From NCBI RefSeq assembly GCF_009914755.1, contig NC_060931.1: a stretch of 64,000 bases of DNA, one strand, 5' to 3'. How positions within the stretch are numbered: position 1 is the stretch's first letter; each line of letters starts with the position of its first letter. This document shows positions 1 through 16,023 of the stretch, piece by piece. Under the pieces are notes generated by a model. The model searched no databases and was not told where the DNA came from. It was given only the letters and a program-made list of their open reading frames with translations. The DNA is from the human T2T-CHM13v2.0 reference genome, Homo sapiens. The position numbers and the translations under genes were made by a program.

Positions 1-24
1 TGCATTTGTATGCATTAAAATAAG

Positions 25-563
<539 letters not shown>

Positions 564-699
564 ATTTTTTTAAAATGCTTTACACATTTTTAAATTTGAG
601 AGTATGGAATAGGGGTTATAACTTCTAGAGACAGGATACTTGAGAAGGATATTATAGATCTTACTTTCTTAGAAAACTTTTAGGAGCCAAAGGTTATGT

Positions 700-940
700 A
701 CGGTGTGGTAGAGGAACCATAGAGGTTTTGAAATCATCTGACTTCAGTTCATATCTCAACTCTGTTCCTTCCTAGTTTTGTGACTGAGAGAAGACTACCT
801 AAGCTCTGCAGACCTTAGATGCCTTATCTGAAAATATAAATAATTAATGTAACAATACATACCTTATAGAGTATGTGTGCAGATTAAATCAGATAATGTA
901 ACTCCTGCAACACAGTAGATGCTTGCTAAATGTTAATGAT
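700..940 (+). mobile_element. MIR SINE
   Basis: Degenerate MIR core (TGTGACT...CCTTATCTGAAAAT...GATTAAATCAGATAATG...ACACAGTAGATGCT). Confidence 0.7.
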
Positions 941-2992
941 TGCCCCCTGTCTCATTTCCTTACCTGAAATCTCAATACTAATTACTGGTGTTTGTTGTTG
1001 AGTGCTAAAGGTGATCTGATTAGTATAGGGTCACAGAGCAACCATATTCCGTAATGCCAACACGAAGATCTTTCAATGAGAATGAAATGCAATTTTTATA
1101 TTTTTATTCATGAAATTTTAGAGTCACATAACTACACTTGAATGCCTTTGTTCATGAGAAAACATAGAAGTGACAATTTAGTATTTCTCTGCAATATCTT
1201 CTGTAAACATTGAAAGAATATTTGAGGGATTTTCGATCAGATGTCAGACTGAAGTACCTTCTGCAGCCACTCCTTCTCACTCCAAATAATAGAAACAACA
1301 AAAAAGATAGGTACATAGATAACAGAAAAGATGGGAAGGGATGTATTATGAGGAATCGCTATAGAGAACAGACAAAGTTGGATTGAAAAGAAACCTACAA
1401 AAGATGGGACGAACACTAGAGTTAGGAGACACTGAGAGCAGGGTGGACCCAGGTGCACATGCAGGGTGGCTCAGTGAACTCTAACTGCTTCATCTACAGT
1501 GTCCTCCAGACCCTGTACGTCCTAATCCAGCCCTGCTGTGGCCACAGATTTGCCTGCCCACTTGTGACAGCTATCAGTATCAGGACTTAGGCCTAAGAGA
1601 GAGGTCACTTTTCTAGTGAGCTGGGAGGACAGAAGAGCCCTTCACTCCCAGAAGATGATCTAGATAAGATCCTCAAGAGCACATCCAGGTCCTTCTCTCA
1701 CTGCAGGGGATAGACACAGCAGATATTCTTACCTGGAATCTCAAATAGAAAGATGAGCACCACACCAAGAATCACTAGACAGCTGGGGAATGACAACACC
1801 ATGAAAGAGAGACACCCACTCAACAAAAAATACTTATGCAAGGAAATGCTGAATAGAACAAGCAGAAGAGAACTACAGAAAAGGTACATTTACTATTTTA
1901 GGAGAGGTGCAAGAACATATTGCATCCATTAGAAATGGATGAACCTGTAAATTAAACATTGATTGTTGCAATAAAAATTAAACAGGCTGAAGACAAAAGT
2001 GAATTCAACTTGAGAACAAGCTTAGAAATTCTCCTAGGATGTATCAACAGAAGACTAGGAGAAATAATGTATGTAAAAAAAAGTTAATGGACATAGAAGA
2101 TAGAGCCAGCAGTGCCAATATTCATCAAATGACAGGAGTTTCATAATAAGGGAATGTGGGGGAGGTAATGTACAAAGAAGCCCTAGGCAATTTTCCATAG
2201 CTGCAGAAAGGCAAAGAGGCCATTAGGTGCCAATAAAAGAGAAACAAACAAAAAACTTACAACACAATATACTAAAAGATCCTGGGGTGGATGTGGAGGC
2301 TCTTTTAGTCAAAGTTCTGAGGGGAAAACTTAAGAATGTGGAAATCTGTGCTGCCTTTCAAGGGTCAAAATGAAGTGAAGACTATAAGACTTTTTCAGAC
2401 ATTCACAGTCTCTAAAGCTTCAATTAATGAATGGTGAAAGAATTAATAAATGATGTACTCCAGCAGTAAAAAAGCTGCATAAAAATGAATAATAAAGAAT
2501 TTACTGAAACTTACTGTTAAATCTAAATGTTTATTATTGATAGCATTAATACAGAACTAACATTCCAAGAGTTATCAACCAGAGATTTTGGAAGACTGGG
2601 GAGAAGAGAGATGTGGAGTAAGGGAGGAATAAAGAAAATGCATACTAATTTTCTTATCTTGCTCAAGGGAAGGATATGCTTATTGATTCAGTCTAGATAC
2701 AAGGAAAAAGTAAGTTTCTGTAAATGTTAAAAATTTAAGGGTAGCTAGTAGAAGAATAGAAACTGAATTCATGACTTCCAAACTACTGGAGAAAAAAATA
2801 ATGTAAATCTGATCAAGAAAATATATGAAAAGAGGGTTTAAAAAATGAAACAACCTAGAATTTTGGCAAAATAAGTGCATAAAATATCAGGTAGTTCAAA
2901 TAGATTAATAATCTCAGTAAATGTGACTAATTTTGACTAACAAGACTAACTTCAACCCAACTCTAAAGGACAGAGCCTTTCAGGTAATGTTA

Positions 2993-3325
<333 letters not shown>

Positions 3326-3887
3326 TTATAGGATATAAATTTTTTAATTGCATAGTATGAAAACATGTCAAACATTAACCATGTTGATTAGGTTGAGCAA
3401 CATTAATATAAGAAAACTTAGAATTCAAGGTAAACAGTGTTAAAAGGGACAAAGAGGGATATTTCCTGCTGAAAAGGAAGGCTCTACCAAGAAATTACAA
3501 GGCATAATCAGTATACCATAACCAAGTAGATTGAATCCCCGAAAATGTAAGGATGGTTCAGAATTACACTATGAAAAAATCAACTCCTATTAACTGAAAA
3601 AAATTACTCTTAGTCACCTGGGTATAGAGGGAAAACTTATCTAAATAGAGGAAATCTAACAAAAATCTACTGGAAACAACATACTGATAAATTATTAGAA
3701 GCATTAAGTTTGAAGTCTGAATCTGGGGAAAGATGTCTACTATTAACATTGTACTCAGGACACAGTCAGTGCAGCAGGACAAAATGGAAGGGGAAGGAGG
3801 AGGAGAAAGGGGAAAAAGAAACTGAAAAGAAAAAGGTATAGATATTAGAAAAAGAGCAAACTGTCATTATTTCAGGCAATATGATTA

Positions 3888-4212
<325 letters not shown>

Positions 4213-4779
4213 AGAAAACCTAAGATAATAAACTGAATATTAGGATTAATGAGAGTTCTGAAGGGTGGCTAGATAGAAGATAGATATGGAAAAATTCTTT
4301 TTCCTGTTCATCAGGAATAAGAGAAATTTAATAGAAATACAGTAAAATAGGAACATACCATTCACTGTAGCAAGCAAAGCTATTAAATATTTTTGAATAA
4401 ACTGATCAAGAAATAGTTAAGAATCTATAGAACTTTAATGACGATTTTTAAAAGGAACAAATAGTGTGATATACCATATACATGGATGGAAAGACTCAAT
4501 TATGTAAAGTTGTCACCTCTCCCCAAATCTATAAATTCGGTAAATCATGAAACTTGTCAAGATGATTCTGAAGTTAATATGGAAGCCTTAATAATGAATG
4601 GTTTAAACCATAGTATATTCATGCTATGGAATACAATGGATTAGTTAAGGATAATGAGGTAAATTTGTACATATGAGAATGGCTACACCTCCAAGATACG
4701 TTTTTGTGTGGTGAAAAGAGAAAATTGCTAAACAGTACATATAATATGATATCATTTTTTTAAAAAAACACAAAAGATA

Positions 4780-4902
4780 AGTCAGGCACCGTGGCACATG
4801 CCTGTAATCCCAGCTACTCAGGAGGCTAAGAGCGGGAGGATTGCTGAGCCCAGGAGTTCAAAACCACCCTGGGCCACATAGTGAGACCCCATCTCAAAAA
4901 AA
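4780..4902 (+). mobile_element. FLAM (free left Alu monomer)
   Basis: Single monomer ending GTGAGACCCCATCTC plus poly-A. Confidence 0.85.
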
Positions 4903-5299
4903 CAAAACTGCAAAACAATACTTTATATATTTTATTACTACATGTATATACATCTAAGTGAATTCAAAAAATACCCAGGAAAAAAAAATCACAAGAAGCT
5001 TAACTTCCTTTCTGGAAAGGAAGGATGAAGACTGAATGTAGAAAAATTTTCAAAAGGGTATTTGACCCACCTTTCCAAGTCGTCTATGTCTGCTTTGTGT
5101 ATAAGACCCAGGGTTTTTTGTTGTTGTGTAGCAGGGGGAATAGGGAATGGTATATCTGTACCATCCTTCTAGGAAGCACAAGTCCCAGTACAAGCTTTAA
5201 AAGTAAGCAAAAAACGAAGGAAGAATTTCCCTATCAGGTGTCAAAGTGTATTGCAAACATCAACTAATAAATTTGTGATACTAGAATAAGAATGAGCAA

Positions 5300-6260
<961 letters not shown>

Positions 6261-6372
6261 CACACTGCCCACCACACCTGTGTCACTCACGTCACACTTC
6301 TCCAGATCCATTGCAAATAGGTGAAACATATACATGCAAAATACAAAACTGTACATCCTTAGAAAATAATGA

Positions 6373-6694
<322 letters not shown>

Positions 6695-7115
6695 GATAGA
6701 AATATTTTATTGCATCAAAATTTAAAACCTCTATGTAACAAAGGCCCTATAACAAAATTGAGACAAAAGACAGACTGGAAGAAAACATTTGCAACATAGT
6801 CAATCTACAAAGTCTTTTTAGAGGTAATCACTCGAAAAAAGACAATGAAAAAAAGATGGGCAAAGGATTTGACAAGAAGGTTGATAGGTGATGAATACAT
6901 ATTGCCAGTAAATGCATGAAAAGATGGTCAAGTTGACTTTTCATCTAGGAAATCCAAATTAAGGCAAACTATAAATTTTCACTCAAGTTGTCAAACATTT
7001 AAGAAGTTTGATAATATCAAGTGTTGAGCAGGGTAAAAGGATAATGGAATTTTCAAAATGCAATTGATGTGTAAATTAATACAGCCATTTTTGGGAGCAA
7101 TTTGGTGATATCTAT

Positions 7116-7565
7116 TGAGAAAATAACTTTTATTTGAGGGATGTGAGTCCTTTTAAATTATCAGGCCCAGAGAGACATTAAAATGACGTAGCAGTCATCT
7201 CCTCCTCTCCCCTTGGAGGCCTGTATTCATCTCTTGAAACTGCTATTTTTTGCCACAAGTAGCTATAAATTAACTTGATAATGCCGCACCTGACACTGTA
7301 ACCCACACCCTATAGTTTAACAATATGCAGCCAATCACTAATCAATGTGATTCCTGTAAACCAATGAGAATTGCTGACCAAAAAAACTTGATCAGCCCAC
7401 TCCCTGTCCCCCACTTTTTGCCTTTAAAAACCTGCTTGCAACAAAGGCCGAATGAAGCTCACATCCAAGGTTACCGGGGTCTCAGTCTTCTGGGCAGCTG
7501 TCCCCACTTTGGCTCAAGTAAACTGTCTATATTTTGTGCCTCAGCCACTTCCTTTTAGGCCGACA
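7116..7565 (+). mobile_element. ERV1-class solo LTR (MER93-like)
   Basis: TG...CA ends, 4-bp TSD CTAT/CGAT, CCAAT boxes, TTTAAAA TATA-like box, AGTAAA poly-A-like signal; starts TGAGAAAATAACTTTTATTTGAGG. Confidence 0.8.
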
Positions 7566-8683
7566 CGATTATAATGATGAATGTCCAAGCTCTGTAACCC
7601 TTCAGTCTACTGCTGTGAAAAATAGTTGCACATGATCACAGGGAGACACGCGTAAGGGTGTTTGTCCTCGTGTCAACTGGAAACAGTTGTAATGTTCCTG
7701 AGAAGGATGATTAAAGAGCCTATTATGTAGCTAGGATGCAATATTATATGCAAAGGTCAGTGAAGCGCCGTGCAAAAAGATCAGGAAAGACATTGCTGTC
7801 ATTTTACTCTCCACTAGTTATTTAAGTCATCTATGTATTTGTTTAAGCAAAATTCGCTTGTAGTTCCATTCGGTATCTTTAAAGTTGAAGCATCTTCTTG
7901 CTTGATTGTTTTGGTGCTTGTAGGAGGGTAGTAATCACTGTGCAGGCATTTTTGGGCTTGGGGAGTGCTTGTGTGCTTCAAACTGAACAGTTTCCACTGA
8001 CCCCCTGCTGCTTGGGTGCCACCAAAAATAAATGGAATGAGTAATTTGAACACAAATGGGAGAAAGCACGACTCATTTCCATACTATGGAGAACTTGAAT
8101 GTCTTCACCAGAAGGGATGTCTGTTAACTTGGTGCTCATTCAAAACCTTATTTGGGGCTAACACTTCTTTATAAGCTGTCTTCATGAGCCTGAAGTAATT
8201 CACCAAGATTGATTTGTAAAACATTCTGAATCAATTAAGGCTTTAATCAGCAAAGTAGCAAACTTCACATGGCTTGTGGACTAATTTTACCCTCTCCCGT
8301 CAATGTGAACCTAAGTTGAAAAAAGAAAACAATTAAGAGGATGTAATTATCTGTCCTGATTACTGAATTAAAAGAGTTTGTGTTTATCTGTCCCAGTGTA
8401 AAGGTGGTAAACAATGCCAGGAGCTGTGGCACTCCGGAGCTCCTACACAAAAACCTGCAGAGCATCCTAGAAGACTCTAGTGACCCTGCCTTAAGTGACC
8501 TGGCAGCAAACAAAGGCTGCCGAGTATTATTGTGTATAAATGTTTCCCAGAGCACGGTTTGAAAAAGCTCCTTGCCAATGGTGGGTGGGGGAGTTTCCTG
8601 CAGAAACATCTCATTTGAATTACTACATGGACAGATCCATCTACTTACGCAATGCTTAGGAAATTGCTTTCCTTTATTTAGAC

Positions 8684-8856
8684 CAGTTCTCAGCAGTGGC
8701 TGCATATTTGAACCACATGGCGGAGCTTTGGAAAGTCCCAGAAAACACTCAGACCAATTACATCAGAATGTCTGGGGGAGGAAGCAGGGCGCTAGTACCT
8801 TTTCAAGTTCCCCAGGTAATTTCTGTCTGCAGCCAGGATTGACAGATCCCTGGTTC
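8684..8856. mobile_element. MER5-family hAT MITE
   Basis: CAGTTCTCAG...TGGCTGCATATTTGAACCAC...CAAGTTCCCCAGGTAATT...GCAGCCAGGATTG. Confidence 0.65.
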
Positions 8857-9272
8857 AGACAGCATTTCCAGGCTGGTGCAGTCTCGGTCTGTGTTGTTGT
8901 GGCACAGCGAGCAAATCTTGTGGGAATAGAATGATTTTTGACAATGTCTTCTTTTTGGTAAAGGGTATGTGTTAATGCATAACATAACTAGGATAACTTT
9001 TGTAACTTTGTCAGACTTTAATGTTTATGCATCAGAAAGATTCCTTTCTCAGATAATGCTTCCTAATTCCTGAGTTGGAAAAAGTGGTTATCTGAATTAT
9101 TTGTTAGGCAAAGCTTGAATAGTCAGTGACTTTCACTTAGTCTCTTCCTTATTTTCACTTCAAATGTCAGGCTTTTTAATACGTCAGGCTTTTTCTGAAA
9201 AAAATTTGAGCTTGAGTTACTAGTGGTTTATTTGGGACCTCTCTTAGTTCCATACTTCAGTGTTCCTTAGAG

Positions 9273-9597
9273 CAGCCGTCCCCAACCTTTTTGGTACCAG
9301 GGAGCAGTTTTGTGGAAGACATAAAACATTTTTCATGGTGGGTAGGGATGGTTTCAGGGTGTTCAGGCATTAGATTCTCATAAGGAGCATGCAACCCATA
9401 TGGATCCCTGGCATGCACAGTTCACAATAGGGTTTGTGCTCCTATGGGAATCCAGTGCCACCGCTGGCTGATCTGACAGGAGGGGGAGCTCAGGCGGTAA
9501 TGCTCACTCACCAGCAGCTCGCCTCCTGCTGTGCATCCCAGTTCCTAAGAGGCCTGGAACCCATACCAGTCTGCGGCCTGGAGGGTGGGGACCCCTG
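9273..9597 (+). mobile_element. MER1B (hAT-Charlie)
   Basis: TIRs CAGCCGTCCCCAACC / GGGTGGGGACCCCTG; perfect 8-bp TSD CCTTAGAG at 9265-9272 and 9598-9605. Confidence 0.92.
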
Positions 9598-9904
9598 CCT
9601 TAGAGGATGAGCAGAGGACTGCTGGTGCAAACCCTCAGCCTGGTTCCTGTCCTCCTGAGCCATTCACTTCTGTTCCAGGCTGGATTATCTACTTAGCAAG
9701 ATGACCCAGACTCCTTAAAGGAACACAGGGAATGAATAGTGTTAGCCCTGCTTGCCTCCTGGGTTCCTTACCTCTCCCACCAATTGAATTATCAGAGACC
9801 TTTCCAGTGAGGGAAATTCTGCCTGAAACTTTTCTCCACTTGTCAGCATTTCCACTGATGCCTTACTGCCCTTTTGAGATTGGCACCCCATTGCCTGGCT
9901 GGCC

Positions 9905-10660
9905 CATTTTATTTTAACTGTGGCAAAATATATATATTGCATAAATGTTACCATTTTAACTATGTTTGCATGTACAACTTCATGTTATTAAGCACATTCA
10001 TATTGTTGCACCACCATTACCACCATCCATTTCCAGAACTTTTCCATCGTGCCAAACAGAAACGCTGCACTCATTACACCATAACTCTTCATCATCCTCC
10101 CTCTTCAGCATCCTCACTCTCTCTATAACTTTTGTTCTACTTTCTGTCTCTGAATGTTCCTACTCTGTGAAGGTCATAGAAGCAGAATGATACAGTATGA
10201 GTCCTTTTATGACTGGCTTCTTTCACTCAGTGCAATGTCTTCAGGGTTCATCCATGTTGTAGCAGTTGTCAGAATTCCTTCCCTGTTAAGGCTGAAGAAT
10301 ATTCCATCGTACGGATGGACCCCATTGGTTTATCCACTTATTCCCTGACGGGCGCTTGGGTTGTTTCTGCCTTTTGGCTGTTGTGAATCTGCTGCTATGA
10401 ACATGGGTATACAGATACTTGTTCGAGTCTGCTTACAGTTTCTTTGGGTATATACCTGGGAGTGGAATTGCTGGGTTGCATGGTAAGTCGATGTTTAGCT
10501 TTTTGGGGACACATCATACTGTTTTCCACAATGATCACAGTGGTCACATTCCCATCCACAGTGCACACAGGTTCCAATTTTTTCATATCCTTGCCAGCAC
10601 TTAATTTCTGTTTTTTGTTTTTGTTTTTGTTTTCATAATAAACATTCTACTTAGTACAAA
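9905..10660 (-). mobile_element. L1MB 3' end
   Basis: GACTGGCTTCTTTCACTCAG, GGTTCATCCATGTTGTAGC, GGGTATATACCTGGGAGTGGAATTGCTGG. Confidence 0.88.
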
Positions 10661-11085
10661 GAAGTAGGCTGGTCTATTTTTCATTCACTGTGCCTGGAAC
10701 TGGCTCACTTCTAATATGTTTACACATAGAAGAAAAATTGTGTTTATGTCAATTTGGGCAGGGATCAAGTTTACTTCTCTTCTCCTTACGTTTCCTATTC
10801 TGTTCTCTTTGTTTTTATAGTCAATCATTTTTACATATCTTTTGCTGTCATTTTAATGGGGCTTTGGGAGGGAAAGAAGGTCGATATATGTTGATAGTTG
10901 TTGTGGGCAGAGATTCAGTAAACTGTCCCTTCCCTTTCCTGCCTGACGTCTCCATCTGTTGAAGAATAAGACAAAAGGGTAAAGCAGATAGGAAGTTAAA
11001 ATATTGTCTTTATAACTAATACACGGATATTAGAGATGTGGCTAATATCTCTGCAAGAAAGTAGGTTTCCAGACAACAAAACCAG

Positions 11086-11187
11086 AGCTGAACTTGGCCA
11101 CCCAGTCTTAGACAGCCCCAAGGACGTGAGGGGCACAGCTGACCTTGGCCGTCCAGTCTCAGACAGCCCTGGGGATGTGAGGGGCAG
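11086..11187. repeat. Tandem duplication, 2 x 51 bp
   Basis: AGCTGAACTTGGCCACCCAGTCTTAGACAGCCCCAAGGACGTGAGGGGCAC followed by AGCTGACCTTGGCCGTCCAGTCTCAGACAGCCCTGGGGATGTGAGGGGCAG. Confidence 0.9.
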
Positions 11188-12011
11188 AGTTGGTGTGCCT
11201 CCTGATCTAGCCTGCTTAGTAACGGGAAAGAGGAAGGAGCCCCAGGGAATACACCCTGTTTATTGCTCCCAAATTCACCAATTAGCTCAGTCACACTTCT
11301 TTCCCCAGTGAGGGAAAGAATGAGGGAGCAGAGAAAGAGGGAATGACAATAGTGGATCACTAATACCAGTAGTGACGATAGTGCATTCTCTCCACAAAGA
11401 AGAAAACAGATGTGAGTAAGAAGCATTTTCCCCCAGCACAAATCCTCCATGTTTAACAGACTGTCCCATTTGAGCTTGCTCTCTGACCACTGGTCTCTCA
11501 GGGGTGCTAACTCTGAGCACATTTCCTATACGTTTCTTCAGTCTCCTACCACTCAGACGTCTTGGCTGTGGCATGAGGTCCCCGTGCCCTCCAGCACGTT
11601 TTACTGACAGGAGTAGAAAGGAAGGGCATGTCATACCCCCATCTTGGGAAGTGATGAACGTCCACAGAGATGAGATTCATAGGAAGCCCCATCTGAGCCA
11701 CAGCAGATGGGGCAGGAGGGCCCAGGGGGCTGGAGGTTGTGGAAGCAGGGAGTGTGGGAGGCCTGGTGATCCTCCTGAAGAAGTGAGAATGGGTTGGCCT
11801 AAAGGGTGAGTTGGTGGGAGAAAGGAGAGAATGCAGAAGGGCATTTCATCCCACTCCCTTTGGAGGGATGTGGGAATGTGGAGAGGAGTAAGACCGACAG
11901 ACTCAAAATGTTTTGACATGTGACACGCCATTTACAAATATGTATGCTTTGTAGGCAGAAATGAAAGAATAGCCACCAGATAGAAACCAGGTGTCTATTT
12001 TCCCTGAGTTC

Positions 12012-12306
12012 TTTTATTTTGTTTTATTTTATTTTGGAGACAAGGTCTCGCTCTGTCGCCCAGGTTGGAGTGCAGTGGTGTAATCACAGCTCACCGCAGC
12101 TTCAAACTCCTGGGCTCAAGTGATCCTCCCACCTCAGCCCCTCAAGTAACTGGGACTACAGGTGTGTACCACCACGTCTGGCTTATTTTTTTCTTTTTTT
12201 TTTTTTTAGAAATGAGGTCTCACTGTGTTGCCCAGGCTGGTCTGAAACTCCTGGCCTCAAGCCTCCCAAAACGCTGGGATTACAGGCATGAGCCACTATG
12301 TCTGGC
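12012..12306 (-). mobile_element. AluJ with small internal deletion
   Basis: CACAGCTCACCGCAGCTTCAAACTCCTGGGCTCAAG J-type arm. Confidence 0.93.
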
Positions 12307-12721
12307 TTCACCTCCATTCTTAACCCATCAGTTTTATGGATTTTTCTTCTAAATAACCCAAGATCACTAGCACCAACATCTTTTCAGAAGTTATTTTGGG
12401 CTCCACAGGGAAAAGAAGCCCTCGTAGTCCTACATAAACACACTTAAAGTGTGTATTTGAAAAGCAGAGAGAGCAGCAGCGGACCTGCTGGTACACAGAT
12501 CAGAAAGGAGATGGGGATGCGAAGGATGAGATGGGATTGAAAGGAAAAGGAGGCAGAGTGACAGAAGACAGAATAAAACATTATGAATATATTTTGTTAG
12601 TTGACTTTTTAGCTATTTTAGAATACATGCATAAAGTCCTTTCAGTTCTTGGGAGGCTGAATTCTCTCATTCACAACCACCATATTGAGCCTTACTTTGG
12701 TCTCAGATCACACTGAAGAGC

Positions 12722-13420
12722 TGATTCACTTATGCATTCATTACTTCAATAAATACTGATTGTGCATCTCTCACTGGAGAGGCCCCATTCCAGGCTCAGG
12801 GAATTCTAGGACAAGGAGAACAAAGATGACCCTGCTCTTCTGAGCTCTGATTCTAGTGGGGAAAGGCAACAAGCAAGTCAACAAGCACATAACTGTGATC
12901 ATTCCAGAGAGTGATCTGTGCTTTGAACGATGAAAGGGGGCCAAGTGATTCTCTCAGCAGAGAGAACAAGTACACAGGCCTTAGGAAGGCGGGACTTTTT
13001 TGTGTGTAGGGAAAGAAGGCCAGAATAGCTGGGTTACAGCTCCCAAGGGGAGGGCAGGATGAGATGATGAATTTTGAGGAGAGGCTCTCCAGAACAGTGC
13101 ATGCACGCACTAGTTTTCATGCAATTCCACGGAGGTCGTGGACTCCCCTGCCCCTGCCCATAATCCATGGACCACAGATTAATTGAAAAGAGAGACTGAG
13201 CATTGATTGTGAGGCATACAGACACCAGGCTGGTTAGAGTGGGGAAGTGTACTGTTCCCAGGGCACAGGAATGGCATGCTGTGTTTAGGGATACTGGCTG
13301 TGGAGGAACCACTTGAGAGGAGGCGTAAGGACAGACTGTGAAGGACTTTGATGTCCAGGCTGAAGAGTTTGACCTTGAACCCATTAGCCATGGGAGCTGG
13401 ACTGCCGAGAGAACACGTGG
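12722..13420 (-). mobile_element. L2 LINE 3' region
   Basis: CATTCATTACTTCAATAAATACTGATTG tail complement; TTCTAGTGGGGAAAGGC; GGCTGAAGAGTTTGACCTTG. Confidence 0.7.
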
Positions 13421-13901
13421 CCTCCATCCACAGCCCTCAGCTCAGTCTCCTTGGTAGGCCTTAGGCTGGTGAAATGCACCAGCTCTGCCATCCTCTGTCC
13501 TTCTGGCAGGTTAACAACAAAGTGGCTCACATGTGGAAATAAACGTGGCTGGTATGAGTGGGCGCAGGCCTTCATTCCCCGTGCTAATGGAAAAGCCGTA
13601 TTTTTCCAAGTGGTGCTGTAAAAGCTAAGAAAAATTAAGCTTCAATCAAACACAGAAAAAGCTTGATTTTAAGTTAGATTGAAGTGAAATTAAAATTGAC
13701 CTTGGCCAGTTTTGTTCTGAAGAGATGAGTTCAAACTGGCCAAAGAAAAAAATAGGCCCCTAACACAGGAGAGAGAAAGAGTGGACTCTTCATTGAAAGC
13801 ATGTTTTTCTCAAGCATGTGAAGAAACTAGAATTTGATTATTTTGGTGTGAAGGTATATAAAAATGCAGCCCTTTTGATTAAGCCATTTTTAAAAACCTA
13901 A

Positions 13902-14249
13902 TGTATTAGTCCATTTTCACGCTGCTGATAAAGACATACCCGAGACTGGGAAGAAAAAGAGGTTTAATGGACTCACAGTGTCATATGGCTGGGGCGGCCT
14001 CACAATCATGGTGGAAGGCAAGGAGGGGCCAGTCACTTCTTACATGGGTGGCTGCAGGCAAAGAGAGAGAGCTTGTGCAGGGGAGCTTCTCTTTATAAAA
14101 CCATCAGATCTCGTGAGACTTACTCACTATCACAACAGCAGCATGAGAAAGACCTGCTTCCATGATTCGGTTACCTCCCACCAGGTCCCTCCCACAATAC
14201 ATGGGAATTCAAGATGAGATTTGGGTGGGGACAAAGCCAAAGCACATCA
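13902..14249 (-). mobile_element. THE1 (THE1B-like) solo LTR
   Basis: TGTATTAGTCCATTTTCACGCTGCTGATAAAGAC...GAGATTTGGGTGGGGAC; 5-bp TSD CCTAA/CTTAA. Confidence 0.93.
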
Positions 14250-15627
14250 CTTAAAATATGGTTTTTGATATCTGGCTTATTTTCTGGCTTTGGGGTAGTG
14301 TGCTTGTTTCTTAAATCAGAATTTTCTTTAGAAATAACTATGTTTTATTTCTTCGCTATCATTCCTTGACTATGCATGGATCTCTGCTGCATGAACATGT
14401 TCTTTTTTTTTCATGGAAGAAATAAATATCATTTCTGGCAGACCATGACTTATCCTTTCTATCTTTCTCGAGATGATCAGACTCCACAGATTGTGTAAAA
14501 CTTCTCGGAAAAACCCTATTTCATAACTCGAGAGTCATTTTTGTTTGAATGTTTCACGGAATGTTAATCCTGGCATATTTGGCTGCCATCATGAAGGACT
14601 GCAGCTGTGTGGCGTGGAAAGTTCAAAAGAAATGACCCAAAGGAATGAGTCATAGGTCAGCCTTACAAATTGGGAAGAAATATAATCAGGTAACCTGTCA
14701 TCACCCACTAGAAGTGTTATTATTTATTGTTTATTGGTAAAAAATAAACCTGTCACCAATCATTGATTCTGAAAAATGTGCCGCTTAGTTTATTCCAATG
14801 ATTGGTACATGAGCTGGGAGGATTTGTCTCAGGGAAGCACTGTAGTTATTAAATACCATCAAGCGGACCCTTGATATAATGAGGTTAAAACTGTCTGTGT
14901 GGAGGAACTATACTTTATTAAAGAAGGAATAGGAAAAGAAAGCCACCTTATCAAAGTCAGCTTTACAGACTAGTTGACAACTGGTTAATGAATTTGCTAT
15001 TTTAGTTGAAAACATAATTTGCATTACTGTTAGACAAAATAGATGGGGGGCCTTTACAATCAGATAATGTAATCTGCTCTAGTATTATGGTCCAACCCTG
15101 TTCTTTCATCTATAATTTTCTCCCACAATAATGTATTACTATTTTAATACTGCATTCTGCCCTGATAAAGTCTAGACTTGCATCCCAATTCCAAACGTCA
15201 GCATAAATGTACATATGCACCTTTTATTGTGTGTCTTCATAAACCAAGGGCACTTCCAGGGGTACATCTGTTACCTTTAATTTGCACACATAGGTCCCTG
15301 TTCATGGGCTGCTGTTTATAAAAAGGGGTTTCATTGGCATCATTTCAGCCTTCAGAGTGAGAAACATTGACCCTGCTTGCTTTTGTTACCTAATATTCTG
15401 AGCTGAATAAATGATGTGTACAGTATCATTGCTCCGTATGAGAAAATGTAAATGACTACATTACATTGTTGGAAGGCAGTAATACAAAAGGGAAATATGA
15501 AGTCAGCCGACATTTCTCATTCGGGAAAAACAAAGCTGATTCTGGTGATTCTGTGTGGGAGATTGTACTGGGCTGCAAAGCGTTGTCAATTGAAGATTTT
15601 TTTTTCCCCCAAAAAAGAGGAAACTAA

Positions 15628-16023
<396 letters not shown>

